Assembly: GCA_963693365.1 (NCBI GenBank)
Contig: CAVNZM010000013.1
Coordinates: 6,834,713-6,898,712, forward strand
Reading direction: 5' to 3'
From: Amoebidium appalachense
Lineage: Eukaryota; Protista; Ichthyosporea
DNA length: 64,000 bases
Positions 29,190 to 46,799 of the stretch are shown piece after piece. The notes beneath the pieces are model-generated. The model did not search any database. It was not told the origin of the DNA and saw only the letters and a list, made by a program, of their open reading frames with translations. Numbering within the stretch: position 1 is the stretch's first letter; each line of letters begins with the position of its first letter. Both the position numbers and the translations under genes were made by a program.

Positions 29190-29400
29190 TGGCCAATGAG
29201 GACCGTAATCCCTGTTCCCTGTGCCCTCATTGGACACCTAGAACCACATGTGCCTGTCTAGATTCCGATTGGACGCCTTGTGCGGCAATTTGCTTTTTTG
29301 AGCCGAATTATCATTGGCCGCCCTGCGCATCCGTAATACCATTGGACGCCTTGTACATGGAATTCAGAATTCGAATTCCCATTGGACGCCTTGCGCAAAC
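29190..29400 (-). promoter_or_regulatory. Array of CCAAT-box motifs (ATTGGACGCC consensus on +) upstream of the SSB-like gene
   Basis: ATTGG copies at 29229, 29268, 29313, 29341 and 29381; three are exactly ATTGGACGCCTTG. The same 10-mer occurs at 23936. Confidence 0.65.
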
Positions 29401-29778
29401 CTTCGCATTCCTTTGATCCGCACTTGTGTACATGTACGCACCACATGTACGCGTACACGTACGCGTACACGTGTTCCGCCCTCTCTCTCTTTAATTGTTT
29501 AATTCTTTAATTAAAACCACGTGCTCTGCACGTGTTTTACACACACACAGTGTGTGCACGTGCTCATGTACATATATCCACCCATATCACATATCCCATA
29601 TCGCGATATGTGTACACAGATATCACATATCTCATCATGGCCACACATCGATTCAGTCGCACACATCGATTCAAATGTCGCTTTTTATTATCTGCTAATA
29701 AATAGTATCCTTCGCGCATCCACCCCTAAACCAGGCCATCCGTGGCCCTAAGGGCCGGGGAACACCCCCATCCATGTC

Positions 29779-30963
29779 ATGGCACATGCCTATAATCGTT
29801 TCAGAACCTCTTTCAAAGTTCCATCTACACCCATCACACATGTGCGACCATTAAAACGTCCAGCAGATACACCTACCACAGATGCACAACCAGAAAAACA
29901 TCGCCTTAGACTAAGCGCAACACCTATTTACAATACACTACCCATTCAGAATAACACCACACCACTCCGTAGAAACACAATAACAACCATGCCGAAACTT
30001 TCGGTTGATACAGTACTGGCAGAACTTGCCCTCGTTAAGAAACAGCTAAATGAGCTGTTACCACTCAAGAACATGATAGAAAAACTCCAAACAGAAAATA
30101 CCCAACTCAAGCTCACCATTGATTCACTCACAGCCCAGCTAAACATTAGTGGATCGCAAAACCCCAAAACTCATGAGCAAACATCTCGCGACGGAGACAT
30201 TTCCACCCCAACACAAAACAACACAGGACCGGAAGCACAGCTCCCGGCAGAGTTCCTAGAATATGCGAACTCTCGTAAAACACCCGAGCTCCGCCAAATT
30301 GCCAAGGAAACATATGCCAGCATTCTTGCAGGCAACGAGTACCGCCGCAACTCCCCTCCCAAACCGCCGGCTAAGGGGAACACCCAAGCAAACGGTAACA
30401 TCAACATCCCACCCAAATACGAGAGGGTGTATCTCAAAGTCAAGCACGGCAGACGCCCACACAGGGCCATGTGGTCCATCTTCAAGGCTCTCGGCTTCTG
30501 GTGCTCTCGCATCCTTTGTCTGTCCTTCATTGGATACGATGTGCTGGAAGTAGCAGTACGGGGCGACTATAACCGTGCGTTCATCCGTGACGCGACAAAG
30601 GGGTGTGGAAGCTTCTTCACCCACCTCCCAAGCTACGACCCATGCGCGCCGGAAAACATTCAGAAAGCAGACAAAGAACGTAAAGTGTCTGCTAAGAATG
30701 CGTGCGCCACACGTTGTCGTGTACGCATCAGCAAGGCAAAAGAGTTCCTCGCAAAGTTGGAAAACGATGCTACGAGCGTGATAGACACGGACACGAAGGA
30801 ACCAATGTTTTCTGGTGAGAAACTGCTCGAGCGCAAACGCCGATGCGAGATGGAAATCGAGCTCTTCTGCGAACTGTTCGCGCTGGCGGAAGGTCGTGCA
30901 TACGACCCCGTAAGCGACAAGTGGGAACCAACCCCACAGGTGTCGGACCAAACCGATGCCTAA
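29779..30963 (+). CDS. LINE ORF1 protein (coiled coil plus putative RNA-binding region)
   Basis: Heptad region VLAELALVKKQLNELL..IEKLQTENTQLKLTIDSLTAQL; overlaps ORF2 by 8 nt. Confidence 0.8.
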   Translation: MAHAYNRFRTSFKVPSTPITHVRPLKRPADTPTTDAQPEKHRLRLSATPIYNTLPIQNNTTPLRRNTITTMPKLSVDTVLAELALVKKQLNELLPLKNMIEKLQTENTQLKLTIDSLTAQLNISGSQNPKTHEQTSRDGDISTPTQNNTGPEAQLPAEFLEYANSRKTPELRQIAKETYASILAGNEYRRNSPPKPPAKGNTQANGNINIPPKYERVYLKVKHGRRPHRAMWSIFKALGFWCSRILCLSFIGYDVLEVAVRGDYNRAFIRDATKGCGSFFTHLPSYDPCAPENIQKADKERKVSAKNACATRCRVRISKAKEFLAKLENDATSVIDTDTKEPMFSGEKLLERKRRCEMEIELFCELFALAEGRAYDPVSDKWEPTPQVSDQTDA

Positions 30964-33900
30964 TTTATCCTTCTTCTTCTGGAATGCTCGGACACTGGGC
31001 CCCCAAAAGGGCCTCCCCCCCGGGACACTCGACGATAAAATCAGCTACATACAACAACAGACAAACAACCACACGTTTACAGTGATTTGCGAAACACAGT
31101 TTAAAAACCACCACAAATTCAACTCTACATTGGTCGACACATCCACACACCCCGGTTACGCGAAAAACCGAGGCATTATTGTACTTGCCGCACCACACGT
31201 GAGAGTGAAGTGCAAACCGGTAGCAAAAACGGAATTCTCGGTTTCTATAGAGTTTCTTTCTAATGTTTTTACTTTTGTATATTACCCACCATCTATGTCG
31301 GTTGTCGAATTGACTCACGAGTTGTCACAGTTACCAATGTCCACTGTTATTTTAGGTGATTTTAACACGCGACTCCACCACACAGACACACTGCAAGTGA
31401 GTGTCGGGTACCCATCTAAGCCCCCGGAGCGTGCTATCCCTTTAGCAAGGTATGTCCAAAGTCACACTTTGCGGTTCCCTCAAATATCCCATGCCCACAA
31501 CACCGACTGGGGAGTGGCCTTTTGGCCATCAACCATGTTAAAACTCTCTCTCCCTCCTAACCTCTCTAGGTCATCTGACCACTCTCCTATCCTTTTCCTA
31601 CCTAAGATCTCCCTTGATCTGCTCCCCCCTCCCCCTCCCACCTTTCGCCTCCGTCTATCCCAGCTTAAGTCACAGTGGGGTAGAGTTGATGTATGTGTAT
31701 GCTATGCTACGAAACACCCTATATATATGCGCCTATTAGAATCTGCACAAGCCAGGCCAGATTCACATCTCGTACTAGATACATGCACTAACTTTATTGT
31801 TGATGATTTGATAGATCTCGGTGATTATGCTGGCGGTGGTAGGAAGGAATATCCCGATGCTCTCTTGTTACCAAACACCACTCCCGCTAGACTAGGTGAA
31901 CCCCTGTCTCAAAAGGAAAGCTTGCGCCGGCTTGCTAGTATGAATCGATTTGGCCCCCCTGCTCGTATTATTGGTGATACCACTGGAGACCCCCTCATAG
32001 ACTCTGATAAGTATTTCTCGGAACTGTTTAAAGATAGGACCCCCGCTCAGAAACCTATTGTGTGGCCTGTAGACCCATCTATCCCCATAGAATCGATCCT
32101 CCCCTTTTTCAGTCCCGATGCCATATGGTCTGTGATATCTAGTTATAGCTCTAGTAAGTCTTGTGGACCTGATGGACTCCCTGCTGGGTTTCTTAAAATC
32201 CTTGTTCCCTCCTACCCACAAAAGGAAAGTGATCGTGCTATTAAACCTGATCTTACTATCATGTTAAGCTCTCTCTTTTCTTGGTGTGTTAAATGTGGAC
32301 ATGTCCCGTCATCTTGGTTAGATACCTTAGTGATCCCCATAGTTAAGAAGGACTCTGAGGGCCCCATATCATCCTTTCGCCCCATTACACTAACCCAGGT
32401 TGTTCGTAGATTCTTTGAAGCTTGCTTACTTAGGTTATTTGCACATCACCCTAGGTTTCAATCTATTCTTCACATACACCCATGCCAATCCGCTTTTCGT
32501 AAAAACAATTCATGTTATGTTCAAATAATGGCACTGCACGATTCTATGCAAGTTGGTGCACAATATGTTGGCTTTATTGATTGGAAAACTGCTTACGATT
32601 CTGTCTCCCCTGGTCTCCTATGGGAAAAGCTTGCTGCACGGGGTGTACCACACTGCATTGGTGTTCTGTTAGAAGCACTCTTGTCTCAAACCTATGGTAG
32701 AGCTGTGGTTAATGGGCATCTTTCATATGGTTTTGCTCGTACTAGAGGTCTCTTGCAGGGTTCATTGCTTAGCCCCTTTTTGTTTAACCTATTTATAGAT
32801 GATTTGGCTGTCAAGATTTACGCCGAAAACGATGACCCTATTAATAACTTTCCGCCTGCACTTCTCTATGCTGATGATCTGTCCCTCCTTGCCCGTACCC
32901 CTAGACGCCTGCAAAGATTGTTCGATGTAGTGTCAGAGTGGTGCAAGGCAAACCTTATGATCCTTAACATAGACAAATGTGGTGTTCTTGTACCTGATAT
33001 AGCTAACAATTTACACACATTTACATTATCATCTAAACCTGTACCTATAGTTCCAGAATACAAATATCTTGGTGTTCCGGTTGATTCTGTTGGTGTTATG
33101 TTTCCCCATATGGTCGAAAAGAGGGTAGAGTTGGCTCGTAAGCGGTTAGCTTTCTTCTCGGCTAATATTTTTAAAGACACACCCCTCCATCCTTCTATTA
33201 GACTTACATTTATTCGCACTTTTGTCTTCCCGGCATGTGAATATGGTTTACCCCTTCTCGCCGCTTGGATCAAGAAAGAGAGAACTAGAGCGCTTAAACC
33301 CTTGGCAAATTTCCTTGAAGCAGAAGTTGCCTCCTTTCTATCTAACAACTGTTGTAAACCTGGGCCTGTAACGCTCTCGATATATGGTCTGGTCCCAATA
33401 GCTGCTAGAGTATCCTATCTCGCGCTGAAATTCAATAAGCACATAAGCCGCTTAAAGAAGTATTTGCCCTCCCACCCTCTCTTCTCTATCCGACCTGTCC
33501 CCTCCTCACCTCTCCCCTCTTTCCTCCCCTCTCTCTCCCCTTCTCCCCTGGGCACAAATACAAATAAACCCCGCAATAGTGTGTGTGTGACTTTGGACTG
33601 CCACTTACTTATTAAACATGTACACAATCACAAGATAATCACGCAATATAACAAATGGAAAAAGATACCACACGACACTAGACCCGATGAAAGCATACAC
33701 CTTGAAAAACTAAGCCTTATGTCTCGTTTTATATATACTGACCGCCTCAACCATATTGCCAAATATGGCACTCGCAAGTGTATAACACCTAAATACATAT
33801 TACCTTCCTGTAGAACTGGTCTTTCTCTAGCTGATGGTATTATTGATCAATTACCACGCTTTTACTGTACACGTGCTATACAGTGGAGATCTAATAAGTA

Positions 33901-34150
33901 TAAGGTGGCATCATTTGCATGCCCAAACAACACACACACACACCAGTTTAACCGGTCATGTATCGCCAAATGTAGTTTGATAGACCACATAATACCGCAA
34001 CACACACACGTCACATTCACAACAGACACCCAGAAAGATAGCCTACCTGTAAATTACAACATCCTTGATTTTATACTAAACACGCGTAACTACGACCTGT
34101 TTATTAGATGTATTGATTGGCTTGAGAAACACATCACTACAAAATTATAG
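30956..34150 (+). CDS. LINE ORF2: AP endonuclease plus reverse transcriptase plus C-terminal Cys/His region
   Basis: APE motifs WNAR, ICET, YYPP, ILGDFN, SDH. RT motifs GPDGLP, FRPITL, FIDWKTAYDSV, GLLQGSLLSPFLFN, LYADD, YKYLG. Confidence 0.96.
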   Translation: MPNLSFFFWNARTLGPQKGLPPGTLDDKISYIQQQTNNHTFTVICETQFKNHHKFNSTLVDTSTHPGYAKNRGIIVLAAPHVRVKCKPVAKTEFSVSIEFLSNVFTFVYYPPSMSVVELTHELSQLPMSTVILGDFNTRLHHTDTLQVSVGYPSKPPERAIPLARYVQSHTLRFPQISHAHNTDWGVAFWPSTMLKLSLPPNLSRSSDHSPILFLPKISLDLLPPPPPTFRLRLSQLKSQWGRVDVCVCYATKHPIYMRLLESAQARPDSHLVLDTCTNFIVDDLIDLGDYAGGGRKEYPDALLLPNTTPARLGEPLSQKESLRRLASMNRFGPPARIIGDTTGDPLIDSDKYFSELFKDRTPAQKPIVWPVDPSIPIESILPFFSPDAIWSVISSYSSSKSCGPDGLPAGFLKILVPSYPQKESDRAIKPDLTIMLSSLFSWCVKCGHVPSSWLDTLVIPIVKKDSEGPISSFRPITLTQVVRRFFEACLLRLFAHHPRFQSILHIHPCQSAFRKNNSCYVQIMALHDSMQVGAQYVGFIDWKTAYDSVSPGLLWEKLAARGVPHCIGVLLEALLSQTYGRAVVNGHLSYGFARTRGLLQGSLLSPFLFNLFIDDLAVKIYAENDDPINNFPPALLYADDLSLLARTPRRLQRLFDVVSEWCKANLMILNIDKCGVLVPDIANNLHTFTLSSKPVPIVPEYKYLGVPVDSVGVMFPHMVEKRVELARKRLAFFSANIFKDTPLHPSIRLTFIRTFVFPACEYGLPLLAAWIKKERTRALKPLANFLEAEVASFLSNNCCKPGPVTLSIYGLVPIAARVSYLALKFNKHISRLKKYLPSHPLFSIRPVPSSPLPSFLPSLSPSPLGTNTNKPRNSVCVTLDCHLLIKHVHNHKIITQYNKWKKIPHDTRPDESIHLEKLSLMSRFIYTDRLNHIAKYGTRKCITPKYILPSCRTGLSLADGIIDQLPRFYCTRAIQWRSNKYKVASFACPNNTHTHQFNRSCIAKCSLIDHIIPQHTHVTFTTDTQKDSLPVNYNILDFILNTRNYDLFIRCIDWLEKHITTKL

Positions 34151-34154
34151 CGCA

Positions 34155-34227
<73 letters not shown>

Positions 34228-34260
34228 CCAGCTGATACCGAGTGTCCCGAGGGGAGCCCC

Positions 34261-34297
<37 letters not shown>

Positions 34298-34511
34298 GGG
34301 GAACCCCAACTAGTTGATTTCTCCTTGTAGTCTTTATGGTGTCTCGTAGAGAAAGTAAACCCTGATATATAGTCACCACCCGACATCTATGTACGTGATC
34401 ATGATATACCGCTGAGGGGATATTCCGAGCAAACCCCCCCCCCCCATACCTGAGACTGGTTCTCTTTGCCTCGAGTAAACAGCGTAAACCCCCATTCACA
34501 TATCCCATATC

Positions 34512-34916
34512 CTAAGGGGTGCGGATAATGGTCGAGGTGACGTCATCTTTGATGACGTCACGTCGACCATGTGCCGCGCCCCTTATTGTAGTCAGGCAAA
34601 CTTGAAGACCGTGTGGGCGGACTGCTACTCGGGCGGGTGCGGGCAGGAGTATTTCTGGCGCAAGGAGTGGGAGAAGCACGGGTCGTGCATGGTCGAAGGG
34701 AAAATCGTCCCGGGCCAGCAGGAGTATTTCAACATTACGCTGACGCTTTTGGACACGTACAAGAAAACAGGTGCACTGGGGCGCATCTGCCGCGACACCT
34801 GGACCACATGCAACATTAAGGTGAGGGATGATGAGATTGCGGCGGCCAAGGCGGCTATGGGGATCAAGGCTGCTGCTGCACTTCCCGTGGGCATGACAAC
34901 ACGGCCTCAGGCTTAA
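34512..34916 (+). pseudogene. 3' half of a ribonuclease T2 gene (CAS II present; CAS I and start not found in window)
   Basis: LKTVWAD...FWRKEWEKHGSC...EYFNITLTL matches RNase T2 CAS II (FWxHEWxKHGxC); frame open from about 34512. Confidence 0.75.
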
Positions 34917-35969
34917 AGAAAGTGGCATGGCCTGAACGTGGTTTTGTATGTAATGCTTGGGGTGACCGGCATAGTAGTGGGCGCGCAATATTCATAGCAA
35001 CTGTGTAATAACATTATGCCATTATATCATATCGAATCATGTGGCTGTGCTGGGTACCTGTATGGATTGTGGACTGTTGACTCCGCTAAAGTCCCCGTCA
35101 ATGTGTTTCTTTTACAGTGGGTTTTGGGAGGTGTTTAACTATTTAGCTTCAGTTGCCCAACCTTCGGGCATGACGTGGCGGCGGCCTGCCTGCCCTTCTG
35201 CTATCTTTGTAATATAACCGTTTACGAATATTTGCATTATTAGCACATGCCACTCTGTGGTAGCCTCTACTGTGTTAGCTGACATAGAGGGGGGGGGGGG
35301 GGGGGGGGGGGGGGTGCCTCGACATGCCTGTGTGGCTTATCAGTAGGAAAGGAGGGTGGAGGTTAGGAATGACAGGTTTTTGTTTGTTTGCTTGTGGTTG
35401 CTAGTTTCAAAGTTTTGGGGTTGCCATAGCGCAGTCAGTAAGTACGGTCGTGCTTCAAGTTGTTCAAACCCTAGAGAGACTATTCCCTAATGGTTGTACC
35501 AAGCACGTAAAGCCAACATTTACGTTTATATTACAATAATTTTCTCCTCCTGCAAGCATGCTGATATAAGGCAATTTCGGGTCCTGTGAGCATGTTGTGC
35601 GCAAAGCTGGGAACTATTTATTGCATCAAAGCGAAGATTTGGTCAAATAAAGGTTATCACAGTGAGATAGGTACAATTATTGCACGTCCGTATCAGTGAT
35701 TATAACAGCAATTCGTACTCGACTGCACCAAACAAAGATTTACGCTAATATTAGCTTTCTGAGTTTCACTCGATAAAATATCATGGGATTTACAAAAAGC
35801 ACCGAGCGTTCCCCTTGCACCAGAAGGGATGCCGATGTCTGAATCGGCTCTGAACGAAAATGCCTTGACCTAATTAGGCATACCCTGTTTTCTTTCATTA
35901 TCTGCATCTTTCTTCGATGCCTTCTTTCGTTCTTATTACCCCCCTTTTTTCAATTTGTCGGGGCTGCGG

Positions 35970-36008
<39 letters not shown>

Positions 36009-36121
36009 GGGGGGGGGGGGGGGGGGGGGGGGGATTATGGTGATGGTGGTAGCGGTGTCACCGGGTGGTGGTGGGGTTATGTAGGGTTGACGGAGCTGTG
36101 GGGTAGGGTGTACATGTGTAC

Positions 36122-36173
<52 letters not shown>

Positions 36174-36699
36174 GCAGGGCGCCTGCCTATCCCTCCCGCC
36201 TTGTGCCCTCCGCTTACCACATAGACACTGATATTAGTTATTACACCTGGACCATTGGAAACACCTGACATTTTAGCGTCTGCACACATTAGCCCCCAAT
36301 GTTCGACTTCGTTGCTTCCGTGTGCGCGCTGAACATTTGTGTTCAACACAATAGTCTTATGCAACCTACACGTGCACCAGGCACGTCCTGACTGTGCCCT
36401 CACAGTGGCTGCCGTACGCCGTGATTGAATTGGATAGGGTACGGGCCAGTCACTTCCGCGGCAACTCAGTCCGGGCCCTTGAAAAATAAGAGCTCCCTCA
36501 GAATGTGGCTGAAGCAACATCACTATGCATATGTATCAGAACATGTGCCTGCAACTAACCAGACTGAGAGTCCCTCCCCATCCTAGGCATCCGGGGTTCT
36601 TCCATCGATGTATCTTTGCAAATTTCTCTTTTCCCCATCAACAGCCCTCATGCATGTGTACAAGCACGTGCGGGCTAGAAAGATCCACACAGATACCCA

Positions 36700-36737
<38 letters not shown>

Positions 36738-36757
36738 CCCCCTCCCCTCCCCCCCCC

Positions 36758-36794
<37 letters not shown>

Positions 36795-36975
36795 ACACCC
36801 TCTTTTAGGGGGTGGGGCAGGGAGGCGGGAGAGGGAAGTTCCACCACAACGATTACGACCACTCACACGACCACGACGACCACAAACTCTTACATCACCA
36901 AAAAAAAAAAAAAAAAAAAAAAAGAAAAAAAGAAAAGAAAAAGAAAAGTGGTGGTGGTGGTGGTGGTGGTGATGT

Positions 36976-37017
<42 letters not shown>

Positions 37018-37991
37018 GGGCAAAAATTTCGCTGTTCAGTGTCACTTTTTATTCCGAGAAGAAAAGGAAGAAAGCCGCATGTGTCATCAAGTCATTCCAC
37101 AGGAACGCAACTTGGAAGTGGCTTGTCATCAATCATATTGTCCCAACGAAATTTTGAATAATCTGCCAATTTACACTTTGCCAACATCGGTACCTGCAAT
37201 CTCAGGACCCGATGACTCATTACTCAACGACAGAATTTTACATTTGCCATAGGTATTCACTTCAGCCCAACATCATTAGCTACCAAAATTTCAGGGAGAT
37301 ACAACACATACTACAGCTGCAATTCACATACTGCATCACATTCAGATCCATGCAACATACCTGTCCGTGCAAAGATCTACTGTACATGTTACAACAACAA
37401 ACCACCGAAAGAATCTACACACATACTCATGAGCTTGCTCGTGTATGTTTGCTCGTGTGTGTTTGTGCGTGGAGCGCGTATCTGAGGTACATCATTCACA
37501 TGCATATGCACATGGTACCAACCAGGGGGAAGGACACTAGGTGCGACAATGCCAAATGTGGAAAGTTTTGTAATGTCAATAACATATTCGAAACACTTGC
37601 ATGCATATCATTGCCAAGCAAAAAAAAAAAGTGTGTGTTTGTGTGATAGGAATATACATGTACAATATTCTGTATGTGCCTGCTACAGCTTGTGTCTGCC
37701 GACCTATGCAATGCGGTTGCCCATACTGGGGAATTTAGATCCCGAATAAGTGTGTGTGTGACTTGTGCGTACACGGGTGAAAATACATCTGCCTATTCAC
37801 ATACATCAGCCAAACGTGCCCACTACTCGTATAGCCCTGGCATGTGGCAAAAAAAAAGGCATACAACAACTCGTATCTCAATGCGAACCTACGACAACGC
37901 CGCAGTAAAAAAATTAAAATAAAACCCCACACTTCCAAAACAAGGACAACCCAGTACAAAATTTCACCCTATAATTATGCATCAACCAACT

Positions 37992-43655
<5,664 letters not shown>

Positions 43656-44530
43656 GTTGTGTCCAAGGAGTGACGAGAGCCACGTGACAAATGCGTTGCC
43701 TATGGGATATACGTGGGATAGCCGTCAGATTACACGATAGCTATGACACGTTTTTATTTATCGTAGGGTTATAGTGTTCCCAAAGCTACCAAACCCCCAC
43801 CCCCTTCACCCTGAATATGGCTGCCTTGCCCGGGGGTGGAGGAGGGAGCTGGGGGGGGGGGGGGGGGGGGATATTTAGGATTGGCAGATGTGTTTGCCGA
43901 CCCTAAACTAGCACGTCTATTATCCGAGCCACCGACTCAAAGAAATCGCAGTGAAGGCAGGCCTTGGTATAAAGGTATAAAGGTCCATGTTATGTATAAT
44001 CGAGTGCCAGAAAAAGAGAAAGAAAAGTGAATAAAAAAGGGTACATACACGTGTTGGTGCAAGAAGTGCCAAGAAACGCGTTGTGAGGAAGGCGCAAATT
44101 TAGACGTCTTGTCCATGCGGGTAGCTTATTATAAATGGATGTTTTTACTAATGCCTTGTAGAAAATATACAAGAGGGTTGCAGATAGGCAGATGTTAAGC
44201 AACCGTGGTTGTCCCCAGAACTTAACAATGTAAGAGAAACTTCTCGTTTGATGCGTACCTCCCCCCCCCCCCCCCCCCCCTTTCCACCACCACCACTGCC
44301 CTCCCCTCCCCCCCCCTGGGTCCTATGCACCTTACATCTGGGGCATCTAATTCGGGGGCAAAAGAAAGGAAGAAAGAAAAAATAAATGCCCGGTCCTTCC
44401 AACCCCCTTCTTCCACAAAAAATATAAAAGACAAAACACACCAAAGAAAAGGGGCACATGTATGGAGCCCATCCCCACCCTTACACAGACACAAAAGGGC
44501 ACATGAGCGTGCACGGGTATACACACACAA

Positions 44531-44567
44531 GCACGCACGCACGCACACACGCACGCACGCACGCACA

Positions 44568-44631
<64 letters not shown>

Positions 44632-44635
44632 CCCA

Positions 44636-44687
<52 letters not shown>

Positions 44688-44690
44688 CAC
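44531..44690. repeat. (GCAC)n tetranucleotide microsatellite
   Basis: Read directly from the sequence. Confidence 0.95.
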
Positions 44691-45091
44691 ACAAATATAC
44701 ACACACACGTAATCAACAATTTGGGTAGGAATGAAAACACACAGGCAACATAAGGAATAGCAGATATAGACAGCACCCTACCCCCCCCCCCCCCCCCCCC
44801 ACAAACCCCCCTCCCCCCCTTACCCCCCAAGGTCAAAGAAAAGAGCAGTAAAAATTGAAAATAGTATTCGCTGTGGGCAGACAAGCAACAACACAGGCAA
44901 GCTAGTATAGCAGGTCTTCTCGTGCACATGCACATGCGCCCATGACGTCACGAACACAAAGGACCTGCTTGTGCAATCAGTTGCCAGGCCTGCCCAAATA
45001 AAAGATTGCCTAGAGAGAGAAGTCTGACACATACGGCAGACGAAGAACGTCGTGTGTGCTCAGTTCGTGTGCACATGTATGCAGACACTCG

Positions 45092-45127
<36 letters not shown>

Positions 45128-46746
45128 CCCTCCTCCTCCCCCCCCCCCCCCCCCCTTTTTTTTTTCGCCGAAAGACACGCCCGAGCCAGAGCGAAATCAT
45201 ACCTGCCAGGTTTATTGATGAAAAAAGAGCAGTGTTGTCAAAAGGTTGCTGTTCTAAACCAGAACACGAAGTTTTTTTCGAACACTGGGGAGTTGAGCAG
45301 AAAGGAAGGAGTGGGTGGGTGCGGAAAAGGAAGGTGGTAGGTTGGAGTAGTGGTCTACCGGGGTGGGGGTATAAGAATTGCTGCATCTGGCACGGTTGTG
45401 TGGGTGTGCGGTGATAGTATGTGTGAGTAAGGGGAGGGAAGGGGGATAAGGGGAGAGGGAGGGAAGGAGACAGCGATGACCACCAAGGAGGGTTGAGGGG
45501 ACTCGGGGAAAGAGGGGAGGTGGGGGAGGGGGAAGGGCGGCGAGGGAAGGAGGGAAGGGGAGGGGAAGGGAGGGGTTAGTGTTTGGTGGTGTGTCACCCC
45601 CGGTACACTAACGTTAGGTTTTAGTAAGCATAGGCGCCCGTAGCTCCTGTAAATAGTGTCCTTTCTATTTCTCTGTTTTGCACCGTGCCTCGGCCTGGCT
45701 GAGCGGAGAATGAAATTGCATTAATCTGTAGCACCCATGACATCATTAACGCCTGTTCATTCTATCGAATTTACGCATAAACATCTCAGTAGAGTCGTCA
45801 TAATAGACTACAAGTGGCTCACACTGAATGAATGACGTCATACTGCATCTTATTCGGTTTCCTAATATGGATTATCTATCCCTTAACCAATCATATTGCG
45901 TCACAGAAGAGGAAGGTGATGATTGGTCTAGACGTCACCACGGCTGCCAGTTCAAAGTTTTGGCGCAAGCACCAAGGGGGATTTATCTCCTCTAAATTCC
46001 AAATTCCGCCTACTGAACTTTCATTTTTCATGTATTCGACAACAGCATGTGGTAGAAATTTCTCGGAACAAAGAATTTACAAAATAATATAAATTATACT
46101 TGTTTATGTATAAAATTCAGGCAGGTAAACAGCTAACTCAATTCTCAAGAGTCAAGTGCTGGACTGCTGGTATGAAGTTTTTTGTTCCGTGGAAAATATA
46201 CTTTGAGGGGTCTAATAGATTGGGTTGTCCCCGTTGAATTTTGCGTGTGTTTTCGAAGCTGACCCGCGGCAACCACAACGAAGAAGTCACAAAGCATAAA
46301 CTGTAACCCTATCAATCATCAAAGTATCTTTATAGGTGAGAGTTTGGAAAGAGAATTAGGAAAAGAATAAAGGAGAGAGAAGGTGACGTTGGGACTGTCT
46401 AAAGCAAAGAGCATAGAAATAAGAGTAAGAGAGGGGCAGTCAGTTCAGAGGATACCTGGTTTCAGATCCAACTTTCAAAGCATCACGTTTAGGTGAACCA
46501 CAAGAGCTAAAAACACAGGTGGGTGGAAGTCATGATCAAGACGTAACTTATTACCACCGTTTCCTCGTTCTGTGTCTTAGAGGGAAAGAAACGCTAACCA
46601 TAAGCCTTTGCCTGCTTATGGATCTGCGGCGCAGGCATTTACTATAGCTTAGGTTTCACCCCATTTTCCTCAAGGACCAGTCACGCAGCACTTGTCTGAA
46701 ACCTCCACCATAAAAATTTTCTCTTTAATCTCGAATTTATTGGACT

Positions 46747-46791
<45 letters not shown>

Positions 46792-46799
46792 TCAGCAAA

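Larger units (their letters stand above)
1..29602. mobile_element. Endogenous Polinton-like virus / adintovirus-like element (left end outside window; right terminus possibly at 34513 after the nested LINE)
   Basis: Co-located pPolB, major capsid protein, A32-like ATPase, penton, fibre and rve integrase genes. Intronless, tightly packed ORFs contrast with the intron-rich host DNA after 35 kb. Confidence 0.93.
29603..34495 (+). mobile_element. Full-length non-LTR retrotransposon (APE-RT, L1/Tx1-like) flanked by a 16-bp direct repeat TCACATATCCCATATC (29587-29602 and 34496-34511)
   Basis: Two overlapping intact ORFs with lower GC than the virus; 3' (CA)n at about 34159-34226 and A-tract at 34265-34296. 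Boundaries inferred from the direct repeat. Confidence 0.88.

Noticed and set aside
29229-29395. CRISPR-like array
   Set aside because: Repeats are only 10-13 bp, degenerate and irregularly spaced; no cas genes; eukaryotic context.
1-29602. Giant-virus (NCLDV) endogenous fragment, suggested by VLTF3
   Set aside because: The polymerase is protein-primed, the capsid is PLV-like and an rve integrase is present; no RNA polymerase, D5 primase or capping enzyme was seen.
15243-34150. Diversity-generating retroelement (RT near variable fibre genes)
   Set aside because: The RT is a LINE APE-RT, and no template/variable repeat pair differing only at adenines was seen.
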